Source: an uncultured Planctomycetota bacterium (GTDB lineage: Bacteria; Planctomycetota; Planctomycetia; Pirellulales; Lacipirellulaceae). Taken from it: a DNA stretch of 64,000 nt. A program made the position numbers and the translations under genes. The DNA lies in contig CAVRBU010000004.1 in assembly GCA_963719315.1 (NCBI GenBank), positions 64,001 through 128,000 on the forward strand, written 5' to 3'. This document shows, one piece after another, positions 42,646-51,623 of the stretch (its first letter is position 1; each line of letters opens with the position of its first letter). The notes beneath the pieces are model-generated. The model had not been told where the DNA came from and did not search any database. It worked only from the letters and a program-made list of their open reading frames with translations.

Positions 42646-44856
42646 ATGCCGCGAAACAACAAGGCACGATCGCCACATCTGAGCGAGGCTGCTCTTTCAA
42701 GTACTGATCGGCCTAGGTGGCACGCCCCGGTCGGCTTGGTGCTGGTTTTGCTGACGGTCGGCTTGGTCTACCTGCCGGCCCTCAACGGCGGGATGCTCCT
42801 GGACGACGATTCGCACATCACCAAGCCGGAATTGCAATCGATCGGGGGCCTCTATCGCATTTGGTTCGAGTTGGGCGCGACGTATCAATATTACCCGTTG
42901 TTGCATAGTGCGTTCTGGTTCGAGCACAAGCTGTGGAACGACTCGGTTCTGGGTTATCACCTGGTGACTCTGCTCTGGCACATGCTGGCAGTTTCACTGG
43001 TCTATTGCATTCTCGTCAGGCTCAAAATACCCGGCGCGCTGTTGGCGGCGGCGATCTTTGCCTTGCACCCGGTGATGGTCGAGTCGGTGGCCTGGATGAG
43101 CGAGCAGAAGAACACGCTCTCGGCCGTGTTCTGCCTGAGCGCGATGCTGGTCTATCTCAAATTCGACGAGTCGCGCCAGCGATCTTATTATTTCACAGCC
43201 CTGTTGCTGTATGTGCTGGGGCTGTTGACGAAGACCGTAATAACCGCGACGTTGCCGGCCACGCTCTTAGTGGTCTTCTGGTGGCAGCGCGGAACTTTGT
43301 CGTGGAAGCAAGATGTGAAACCGCTCGCTCCGTTTTTTGTGCTTGGTGCGATGGGAGGCTTGGTAACGGCCTGGGTGGAGCGGAAGCTGATCGGCGCTGA
43401 AGGAGTCGACTTCGAATTGACATTCTTGCAGCGGGTTCTTGTGGCGGGCCGCGTCATTTGGTTCTACTTGAGCAAGCTGGTGTGGCCGGCCAATCTCGCT
43501 TTTTTCTACCCACGGTGGGACATCAATCCGAGGGAGTGGTGGCAATGGCTCTTTCCGATCGCCACGTTGGGCACGTTTGTCGGGCTGTGGGCCATGCGGC
43601 GAAGGTGGCGCGGTCCGCTGGCGGCCTGGCTGTTGTTTGTCGGCACACTCGTGCCGGTGCTCGGCTTTTTGAACGTCTACCCATTCATCTTTTCGTTCGT
43701 AGCCGACCACTTTCAGTATTTGGCCAGTCTGGCAATCATCGTCCTGTTCTCGGCCGGCATAGCGACAGGCTTGGAGCGTGCGTCGTTGCCCCTACGTCGG
43801 GCGGGGACGGCGCTGTGCATCCTGATGGTAGGCACGTTGGCCGCACTTACCTTGAGGCAGAGTCGCGTGTATGCCGATGTCGTTACGCTCTATCGAGCGA
43901 CAATCGAGCGCAACCCCGACTGTTGGGCGGCGCACAATAATTTGGGCACCATATTGTCGGCGCAGGGCCAGCGGGAAGACGCCATCGAGCATTTTCGAGC
44001 GGCCATCCGCGTCAGGCCCGATTACTTCGAGGGTCACACCAACCTCGGCACGGCGCTGGCCGCCACCGGGCAGTTGCCGGAGGCCTTCGAACATTTGCAC
44101 AAGGCCATCGAGTTGCAGCCAGAGTCGGTCGCTGCCCATAGAAATCTCGGCAACGCGCTTAGTAACGCGGGTCGCCAGGCGGAGGCGATCGACGAATATC
44201 AGGCCGCTTTAATGCTCCGGCCCGAGGATCCGCTAACCCTCAACAGCCTGGGGGCCGCACTGACTACCATCGGGCGATTGCCGCAGGCGATCGAGCACTT
44301 GCGGAACGCCGTGCGGCTCAATCCCGATTTCGCCGAGGCCCGCGGCAATCTCGGCAACGCGCTCGTGAGATCTGGGAACATTTCGGAGGGGATCGCTGAA
44401 CTTCAGAGGGCAGTCGCGCTGGAGCCTCATGATGCTTGGACGGTAAGCAACTTGGGCATCGCCCTGGCGCAAGCGGGCCGTGAAACGGAAGCCATCCAGC
44501 AGCTCAGGCGGGCCGTGCAAATCAGTCCCAGTGCTTACGCCCACAATAATCTCGGCGCCGCGCTGATGCGCAGCGGCGAGTTATCCCAAGCGATCGATCA
44601 ATATCGGGCGGCCATCCGGCTGAACCCCGATTTTGTCCAGGCTTACGCCAACCTGGCTGAGGTCTTGAAACTCTCCAACCGCTCACAAGAAGCAATTGTT
44701 ATCGCGGAAAAAGGAATCGAGATCGCCCGATCCACTGGAGACAACAGTCTCACTATGCAACTCGAGAAATGGCTGACGCAACTGCAAGCCGAACTACGAC
44801 GCGAGAACGAGGTCCAAGCTCCCCCGCAGTCGTCTCAAGTTGTGCCTGAACCATGA
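42646..44856 (+). CDS. TMTC-like membrane glycosyltransferase-fold protein with C-terminal TPR repeats
   Basis: LLDDD, YYPL, FALHPVMVESVAWMSEQK, ADHFQY, then about 8 TPRs (AHNNLG). Confidence 0.85.
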   Translation: MPRNNKARSPHLSEAALSSTDRPRWHAPVGLVLVLLTVGLVYLPALNGGMLLDDDSHITKPELQSIGGLYRIWFELGATYQYYPLLHSAFWFEHKLWNDSVLGYHLVTLLWHMLAVSLVYCILVRLKIPGALLAAAIFALHPVMVESVAWMSEQKNTLSAVFCLSAMLVYLKFDESRQRSYYFTALLLYVLGLLTKTVITATLPATLLVVFWWQRGTLSWKQDVKPLAPFFVLGAMGGLVTAWVERKLIGAEGVDFELTFLQRVLVAGRVIWFYLSKLVWPANLAFFYPRWDINPREWWQWLFPIATLGTFVGLWAMRRRWRGPLAAWLLFVGTLVPVLGFLNVYPFIFSFVADHFQYLASLAIIVLFSAGIATGLERASLPLRRAGTALCILMVGTLAALTLRQSRVYADVVTLYRATIERNPDCWAAHNNLGTILSAQGQREDAIEHFRAAIRVRPDYFEGHTNLGTALAATGQLPEAFEHLHKAIELQPESVAAHRNLGNALSNAGRQAEAIDEYQAALMLRPEDPLTLNSLGAALTTIGRLPQAIEHLRNAVRLNPDFAEARGNLGNALVRSGNISEGIAELQRAVALEPHDAWTVSNLGIALAQAGRETEAIQQLRRAVQISPSAYAHNNLGAALMRSGELSQAIDQYRAAIRLNPDFVQAYANLAEVLKLSNRSQEAIVIAEKGIEIARSTGDNSLTMQLEKWLTQLQAELRRENEVQAPPQSSQVVPEP

Positions 44857-44867
44857 ATCGAGCGACG

Positions 44868-44926
44868 CGGAACCCACCATGAATCACGCAGAAAAGCGGT
44901 GGGTTTCGCAACTCGACCCACCCTAC
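44868..44926 (-). repeat. GTAG-type REP-like palindrome
   Basis: Minus strand GTAGGGTGGGTCGAGTTGCGAAACCCACC, plus a partial second unit. Confidence 0.55.
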
Positions 44927-44969
44927 AAGTACAGCAGCTTGAAACATTGCTTGGCTCTGCGTGCCGGTG

Positions 44970-45092
44970 GGTGATGTCCTAATTTGGCACCGTTCGGACC
45001 GGAACTTTGTAGAACGGACTTCAGTCCGTACGAGAATCACGGACTGAAGTCCGTGCTACAAGGTTGTTGTGCTTCAAATATAGGACACAACT
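44970..45092 (+). mobile_element. MITE family A copy 3
   Basis: Highly similar to copy 2. Left flank GCCGGTG (44963-44969) recurs at 46654-46660, beyond the IS1182. Confidence 0.88.
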
Positions 45093-45093
45093 A

Positions 45094-46651
45094 GCAACCT
45101 GTTGAAGAAGTTGGTATTTGGTGATTTTAGGCAGCCAACGCGAGCGGTTGGTTGATGGTTGATTTTTGTCGGCCGGTCGGCGGCGTGGGCGTCAGCAGAC
45201 GCTCCAGCGCGGCCAGGGTGTTAAACAACACAACATGCAAGGCGTCGGCAAGCCCGCCGTTCCCTTGCAGGCTCCTGGCCGTGCCGATTCCGAACAAGTG
45301 GCGCAGGACGAGGCCCAGATTGCGTGCCATGGCCGACGTCAGGTATCGCTTTCTCACTTTCTCGATACCATGCAGCCACGTTCGCCGACTGCCGCCCGTC
45401 TCGCAGACGTGGGCGAAACTCCGCTCGACCTTCTCACTCCTCTCGCGCTGTAGAGCACGTCCTCGCTTTCCTTTGACCCGGCGGCGGTTGCCCGTCACCG
45501 CCCGACGCTCTTCGTCCGCTTTGTTTTTCCAATTGCGACGATGCGCGTGCTGTGGTTCGGCGATGTACGTTCGTAGACCCTCGGTGAATTCCAATTCGGC
45601 CAGCGTCTCGTTCCCCGAGTAGCCTTTGTCCGCCACCGTCTCCTCGATGTCCGCGTCGCTGTCGGCTTGAATCAAGTTGTCTTGCGCTTGGCTGAGGCTC
45701 GGGCCGATCGTGTCCACGTCGGCCGCGTTGGCGTGATAGATCTCGGCCGCCAGGATCAGCTCCGTGTCCAGATCGACGACGTGTTCGGCCTTGTAGGCCA
45801 GATGCGTGCGGCCGTCCTTCATCCGGGTGATCCGGCTGTCTGGGTCGGTTTCGCTCTGCCATTCTTGGTTCGAGACCTTTTTGTCCTTGCGCTGGCGATC
45901 GAACCGAGCAATCTCCTCGGCTGAGGGTTCGTCGCCCGGCTCGATCTGGCCTGCTTCCTGCATCAGACGCCGAACATACTCCTGCCAGTCCTCGCCCGTG
46001 TCGCGCCTGACGATGCTCTTCATGGCCGCGTCGGCCTCCAGGGTCGTGGCGTCGACGCCCACCGTCTTGCCGGCGAGCAGGCCTTGCTGCTCAGCCACCT
46101 CGAGCACGAAGCAGAATACTTGCCGATGAACCGACAACGGCAGTCGGTCGCGGACCCGCGTCAGGCTCGAATGGTCAGGCGTCTCTTCGCCGAGCGGGAC
46201 GCCCAGAAATTCTCGCAAGCTGAGACTGTCGGCACACCGCCAGGCGATGCCCCGCTGCGAGCCGAGGCCCTCGAAGTAGCCCACCAACAGCATCCGGAAG
46301 TAGACGCCCGGCGGAATGCCGGGCCGCCCCATCGTTTCGTGGTAGTACGGCTCACAGAGCCTTTCGACGAACTCGTCGAAGCCGGCTGCTCGCAGCAATT
46401 GATTGAGCTTGCCGTAAAACACATGCCCTTCCGACCGCGGCAACTGGTCCACCGGGATCCAGAAGGACGACTGCTGCTCTTGGTTGCGGTGTCCCAACGC
46501 CATCCGTGATCTCCTCAATTCGGCTCTGCGGATGCCTGAGCAAAACAATAATCGCTCTTACACTGGCATCCACGCCAACCGCAGGCGACAATTTAGCGCC
46601 ATGCCGTCGTTAGCGAAAGTCTATCCAAAGGAGACTTCTTCAACAGGCTGT
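45094..46651 (-). mobile_element. IS1182-family element; transposase 45127-46503
   Basis: IR GCAACCTGTTGAAGAAGT / ACTTCTTCAACAGGCTGT with flanking TA. GRPGIPP..YFRMLLVGY, PDHSSL, VDAT, ADKGY, VERSFA. Ends uncertain by 1-2 bp. Confidence 0.88.
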
Positions 46652-46667
46652 TAGCCGGTGCCATTCC

Positions 46668-46703
46668 TTGACTTCTCCAGCCGAATCCCTTACATTGCGC
46701 TTG
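46668..46703 (+). promoter_or_regulatory. Sigma70-like promoter of His-rich RGPP ORF 2
   Basis: TTGACT, 17 bp, TACATT then GCGCTT. Confidence 0.7.
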
Positions 46704-46740
46704 ATTTGATCCTTGTCCTGGTTTCTGTTCGCATCCTTCG

Positions 46741-47223
46741 ATGCCAGGTACGTGGCTACATCGCCTGACGACGATCTATCTCGCCGCTCTGTACGGCGTG
46801 GTCGGGCTAAGCGGCGATTCGTTGCATTACCTCGCGACGAACTTTACTAGTTTTTGGTCCGAATCCGCGTCCGATTCGGTCGAAACCGTGGTGTATTACC
46901 ATGTGCATGGTCCCGACTACCACGGGCACTTCCACCGGCACACGATCCATGTTCATCATTCTGCAACGGCGGCCGTCGATCGGGCAGCCGGCCAGTCGAA
47001 GCACCAAATCGCGGTAACCTGCGAGCAATCAGCGCATCAGCCGCACTCTTGCCCGCTGCTGCGCCTTGTTTCCACCCTTAAGTTGGTTCAGGCTGCCGGT
47101 TTAGCGGCCTCGCACTTGCTTGACTCGCTAGTCACCTCGTTGTGGCAAGCGGACGATTTAATAGCGTCCGAAGTGGTGCTCGAATCCTACGTGCGCGGCC
47201 CGCCTGCCGTTTTCTTTGCGTAG
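46741..47223 (+). CDS. His-rich RGPP-ending protein, copy 2 (candidate arrest leader peptide)
   Basis: 160 aa; YYHVHGPDYHGHFHRH; HQPHSCP; VRGPP. Confidence 0.85.
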   Translation: MPGTWLHRLTTIYLAALYGVVGLSGDSLHYLATNFTSFWSESASDSVETVVYYHVHGPDYHGHFHRHTIHVHHSATAAVDRAAGQSKHQIAVTCEQSAHQPHSCPLLRLVSTLKLVQAAGLAASHLLDSLVTSLWQADDLIASEVVLESYVRGPPAVFFA

Positions 47224-47345
47224 TTTGATCCCCCTGGCGCATCGGATCGCACGAGCATGCGTTCGTGTGGTCGGCGATGTGATTTCTATCTGGCGTTGCT
47301 GCAGCGCCTAGTACTCGTCCTCCGATAGACGGAGAAGGAGACGTT

Positions 47346-48251
47346 ATGTTGCGTATCCGACGGGCTTTTACGCTTGTTGAACTGTTAGTTGTGATTGCGA
47401 TCATCGGCATTCTCGTGGCGCTGTTGCTGCCCGCTATCCAAGCGGTGCGCGAGTCGGCGCGAAAATCATCGTGCCGGAATAACCTCCACCAGATTGGACT
47501 GGCGATGCAGAACTATGAATCGTCCTTCAAAAAGTTGCCGCCCGGCTACAAGTATGCCGCGGGACCACAAGGCAACGCGCTCGGTCATTCCTGGACCGAC
47601 ATGATCCTTCCGTTCATGGAATTGCAGAGCATGTACGACCAGATCAACTTCAAGCTGCCAATTTACGATCCCGTGAACGCTGCCGTCCGTGAGATTCATA
47701 TTGATTCGTTGATCTGTCCGACGGACGACGTATCGCCAACCGGCTTCGTAGAGATGGGAAACGACCGCTTCGCGATGGCATGCTATGTCGCCAACTTCGG
47801 CACACCCGACTTGGACGCGGATCAGGAGCAGAAACTCGACCCCGCGGCCCCAAATCGTCCCTGGGGTCCGTTCTACCGCAACAGCAAGACGAAGCTCAAG
47901 GATATTACGGATGGAACATCAAAGACCCTCATGTGTGGAGAGCGGCAGAACGGACCATTTCGCACCAAGGGGGCGCACGGCGTGCATATTGAATATGAAA
48001 CTACCTGGGCCGGCGCCGTGCGCGAGATTACCGACCCGACGGATGACCATGGTCACATGGTATTGTTCCAGGTGGGGCACACGCCAAATAGCGCGCTCAG
48101 CGACGACCGCGATGTGTCCGCGTCGCATTCGGGCGAAGCCCTGTTCGTAATGTGCGATGCTTCGGTGCATTCGATCAGCGAGAATATCGACGAAAAGGTC
48201 TACTTTGCGCTGGGCACGATGAACAAAGACGAGACGGTCACTGAATTCTGA
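47346..48251 (+). CDS. DUF1559 prepilin-type protein
   Basis: [43 protein letters not shown]. Confidence 0.93.
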   Translation: MLRIRRAFTLVELLVVIAIIGILVALLLPAIQAVRESARKSSCRNNLHQIGLAMQNYESSFKKLPPGYKYAAGPQGNALGHSWTDMILPFMELQSMYDQINFKLPIYDPVNAAVREIHIDSLICPTDDVSPTGFVEMGNDRFAMACYVANFGTPDLDADQEQKLDPAAPNRPWGPFYRNSKTKLKDITDGTSKTLMCGERQNGPFRTKGAHGVHIEYETTWAGAVREITDPTDDHGHMVLFQVGHTPNSALSDDRDVSASHSGEALFVMCDASVHSISENIDEKVYFALGTMNKDETVTEF

Positions 48252-48286
48252 TGGAAAGGCTCGAGCGCTGCACCCCGTTTTGAGTT

Positions 48287-48905
48287 TTACAGTCGCTTGC
48301 CCATATAGATCGTTTCATCGTCCCCTTCACCGCGCCGGCAGAGTTCGACAAACCCCAGGTTCGTGTAGAAACGGTAGGCCCGATCGTTGCTGCCGGCCAT
48401 GCCCAGGTGAACGCCTGGTACGCCTTTGGCGCGGAGGCGGTCCATCAACTCGTTCATCATCCGCTTTCCGTGGCCCTGGCGATGCTTGCGGGCCATGAGG
48501 TCGATGTGCAAGTGGGCCGGATAAACCTCGTATGGCTCGGGACAGTAATATTCGGGATTGTGATACGCGTGGTAGACGGCTTCCACGCGAGTCCAGCTAG
48601 AAGCATCGCCGCGCGGCGCGGGAAATTGCGCAAATGGCCGGGCGCCATTCCCGCTCGTAGCGGTCGTAGAAGGCTCGCGAGTCGGTCGCGCCGAAAGCGT
48701 ATCCGCATACGCCGTCTTCGTCTTCGAGCATCAGTGCCAGATCGGGCTGGAACTCCAAATACGGCCCGACGTAAATCCGCCCCAATGCGTCGGGGTCTTC
48801 GCGATAAAATGGCTCGCCGTCGTCGCCTTGGTTTCCGGTTTTCAGACATACGTAATACGCAGCGTCCCGGTCGCCGGGTCGGTAATCGCGGATGATCGTT
48901 CCCAT
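48287..48905 (-). CDS. GNAT acetyltransferase (frameshift near 48610)
   Basis: IRDYRPGD, YVGPY, YPAHLHIDL, RQGHG, GVHLGM, NDRAYRFYTNLGF. Confidence 0.85.
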
Positions 48906-48923
48906 GAGTGCGCGTCTCCTTTG

Positions 48924-50280
48924 TCAACGGATGGTGCGAGTCGAGATCCTGCCTTGAGCGTCGATCGACAACTGACGCCCGAGCTTCGCCAAGATCCCGC
49001 CGCGAAACATTCCCGGCAAACAGCTTTCTAGCTCAACGCCTTCGACAATATCACTGCCTTGTTTTTTCCGAGCCAGCACCGCGTCGACGACCATCAACTC
49101 TTCTTTCAGTTCCCAGGCTCGACGGCTCCAGGCATCGAATAGTTCGCGATCGCATAGTTCGGTAAGCCGGTCGAATATGGATTGTATGCGAGCGTTCATG
49201 ACGGAGAACTCATCGAGGGCGTTTCCCCAACTTGCTACTGGATCTGTGAGCAGGCGGTTAATCAGCGCGAGCAGCCGTTCAGCTTCTGGGCCTTCCATAT
49301 GGGGCAAGTAGAAACAGTCGGCCAGCAGGATCAGATCGGCCAGGGACAATGGCCTGGTAACTGTTTCAAAACAAGGTAGCCATTCGGCGGCAGCATTTAA
49401 GTAAGCCTCGCGCGGTTTCCACTCGCCGTCGCCGCGAAGGAACGCCGCAAACGTGCGCAGCGGAATGAAGTTTAGCGGATACTCGTTGTTGGGATTGATA
49501 AAGACGCCGCGAACGGCTCGGAGCAACTTGCGCGGCCGGCCCGAATACGGACCACAGTGCTGGCGGCGGACGTCATAGTCATTGGCAAACAGGTTGTCCC
49601 AAATTAGCGGCGGGCGGCGGATGCGGCGCGAAAGCCGATCAACCGACTCGACCGGTATTTCGCCGGAGACGATTTCTGGCCCCGTCCACAGGACATCGAT
49701 TTCGGGGCTTAATAATCGGCCTACCTCATCCAAATAGCCGGCGCCGCCAAGTTGCGCGGTCCATCCGGTCGCAATACGGGGTCGGGCAAAACAGGAATCG
49801 CGCATCGGCGTCTTCGCCTCGGAGCCAGGCGAAGATCGCATCGGTCACATCGCATTGTGCAGCAGCCAACGATGGATACGCACGGCGATCATCATCGTCC
49901 ATTTTTCCGGGCAAGTCGTCGAACAAGAGGGCGAAGTGCCGCACGCCGACTTGCCGCAATTGATCGAAGCGTGACTTGATTCGGTTTCTCTCCGCCTCGT
50001 CGGAAAAGCGGATGTCCAGGCCGGGGCTGAGTCCGTAGATGAAGTTCAAGTCATATTGCCCAGAAGCTTGAACCAACTCGCGGAATGAAATCAATTCGGA
50101 ATCGCTGTACGCTTCGCGCCAGATTGCTCGATGCTTCAAGTCGTTTTTCGGCGCATAGAAGTAGGCGTTGAGGCCCTGCGCGGCCAACTGCGCGATGAGA
50201 TGCAGGCGCTGGTGGTGCGACCAAGGCCGGCCGTAAAACCCTTCGACGACGCCGCCGAGAAATTCAGGTGGGAGCATCAC
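48924..50280 (-). CDS. GH84 beta-N-acetylglucosaminidase (O-GlcNAcase), no signal peptide (frameshift near 49755)
   Basis: GVVEGFYGRPW, YFYAPK, WRE.Y, ALLFDD, FCPTPYC, LWTGP, IWDNLFANDYD, NPNNEY. Confidence 0.9.
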
Positions 50281-50287
50281 ACCGACC

Positions 50288-51544
50288 TTAGGTTGATTTA
50301 CGAAGTGCTGCCGCGCCCGCCGCTACCTTGCGAATTGCCTCCCCCAGGCGGAAGATTTGTGGTTCGTCGGCGAGCAACACATTGTGCGAGATCCAAACGG
50401 CATCGCCGCAAACTTGTTCGCACACCGGACAGGACACTCCCCTGTAATCGACTCCCAGGCCGGCCAGCGGCGCCCGAATTCCATGCGGTGGCCCCACATG
50501 GGCGTTCGCAAACACACCGTTGCGATACAACGGTCGATACCATCCTTCCGACGCAGGCACACCCTCGGCTTGGAGCGCCTCGAGAAACCGCTCGCGCGAA
50601 ATGCCCAGCTCGCCTTGGTTCAGGCGAAAGATATACATGTGATAGCTTCGTCGCGTCATGCGCGGAGCCGGAGCCAGTCGGTGAATCGCCGGGATATTTG
50701 CCAGCGCTTCATCGAGCAAGGCTGCATTTCGCTGTCGGCGGGCGACATGCTCTTCCAGCCGCGCAAGTTGCGCAAGTAAGACCGCTGCTTGAAACTCCGT
50801 CATCCGGAGATTACTGCCCAGGTTGTTGTGATCGTACCACGCCGACCCCTCAGTGCGGCCGCAGTGCGTGAAGCTACGACAAAGATCGGCCAGCTCCTTA
50901 TCATCCGTCACGAGGATTCCACCTTCCCCCGCGGTGATATTCTTGGAAACCTGAAAACTGAATGTGCCGCATCGGCCGAGCGTCCCGGCGCCTCGGCCAT
51001 CGGATTGGCTACCCCAGGCGTGAGCGGCGTCTTCCAACACTGCCAGGTTGTGCTTTTTCTCCAGCTCGTTAATCCGAGCCATATCAGCGATGCGCCCGGC
51101 AACATGGACGGCAATAATGGCCCGCGTTCGCGGAGTGATTTTTCGTGCGGCATCATCCGGATCGAGACACAGCGTCTCCGGTTCGATATCGGCAAATACT
51201 GGAACGGCCCCGACGGTGACCACAGCGGACGCCGTCGCGATAAACGAATACGGTGGCACGATGACCTCGTCGCCGGCGACGACCCCCAACGCCCTGAGGG
51301 CCATTTCGATGGCCGTCGTGCCGTTGGTGCAGGTCACGCCGTACTCTGCGCCTTGAAATGCAGCAAATTCGCGCTCAAACTCTGTTACTTTCTCTCCATA
51401 CCACCATTGGCCCGAACGCAAAACCTCTAAGAGTTGGGCTTCTTCGGTTTCGTCGCGGATCGGCCAGTTCGGCCAATCGCAGTCGAAGGTGGGCGTGCCA
51501 CCAAGTAGGGCAAGACGATCCGAAGAGGAAGCAGGATGGTGCAT
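50288..51544 (-). CDS. DegT/DnrJ/EryC1/StrS PLP aminotransferase
   Basis: TNGTTAI, EDAAHAWG, FSFQVSKNITAGEGG, GSNLRMTEFQAA. Confidence 0.93.
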   Translation of the reverse strand: MHHPASSSDRLALLGGTPTFDCDWPNWPIRDETEEAQLLEVLRSGQWWYGEKVTEFEREFAAFQGAEYGVTCTNGTTAIEMALRALGVVAGDEVIVPPYSFIATASAVVTVGAVPVFADIEPETLCLDPDDAARKITPRTRAIIAVHVAGRIADMARINELEKKHNLAVLEDAAHAWGSQSDGRGAGTLGRCGTFSFQVSKNITAGEGGILVTDDKELADLCRSFTHCGRTEGSAWYDHNNLGSNLRMTEFQAAVLLAQLARLEEHVARRQRNAALLDEALANIPAIHRLAPAPRMTRRSYHMYIFRLNQGELGISRERFLEALQAEGVPASEGWYRPLYRNGVFANAHVGPPHGIRAPLAGLGVDYRGVSCPVCEQVCGDAVWISHNVLLADEPQIFRLGEAIRKVAAGAAALRKST

Positions 51545-51623
51545 TTTTCAACCACGAAGTGGGCAGGCGAAGATCAGTCGAACAAATTATGATAGCTGCG
51601 GGCAGTTTCGGAAAGGAGGCTGT

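Noticed and set aside
30817..45092. CRISPR array or integron attC sites from the GGACTTCAGTCC repeats
   Set aside because: Copies are dispersed with conserved interiors, TIRs and target duplications; there are no spacers, cas genes or integron integrase.
42646..50280. TPR glycosyltransferase plus GH84 as an OGT/OGA protein O-GlcNAc cycle
   Set aside because: The TPR protein has an N-terminal membrane TMTC-like domain, not a soluble GT41 domain, and is separated from the GH84 by unrelated genes.
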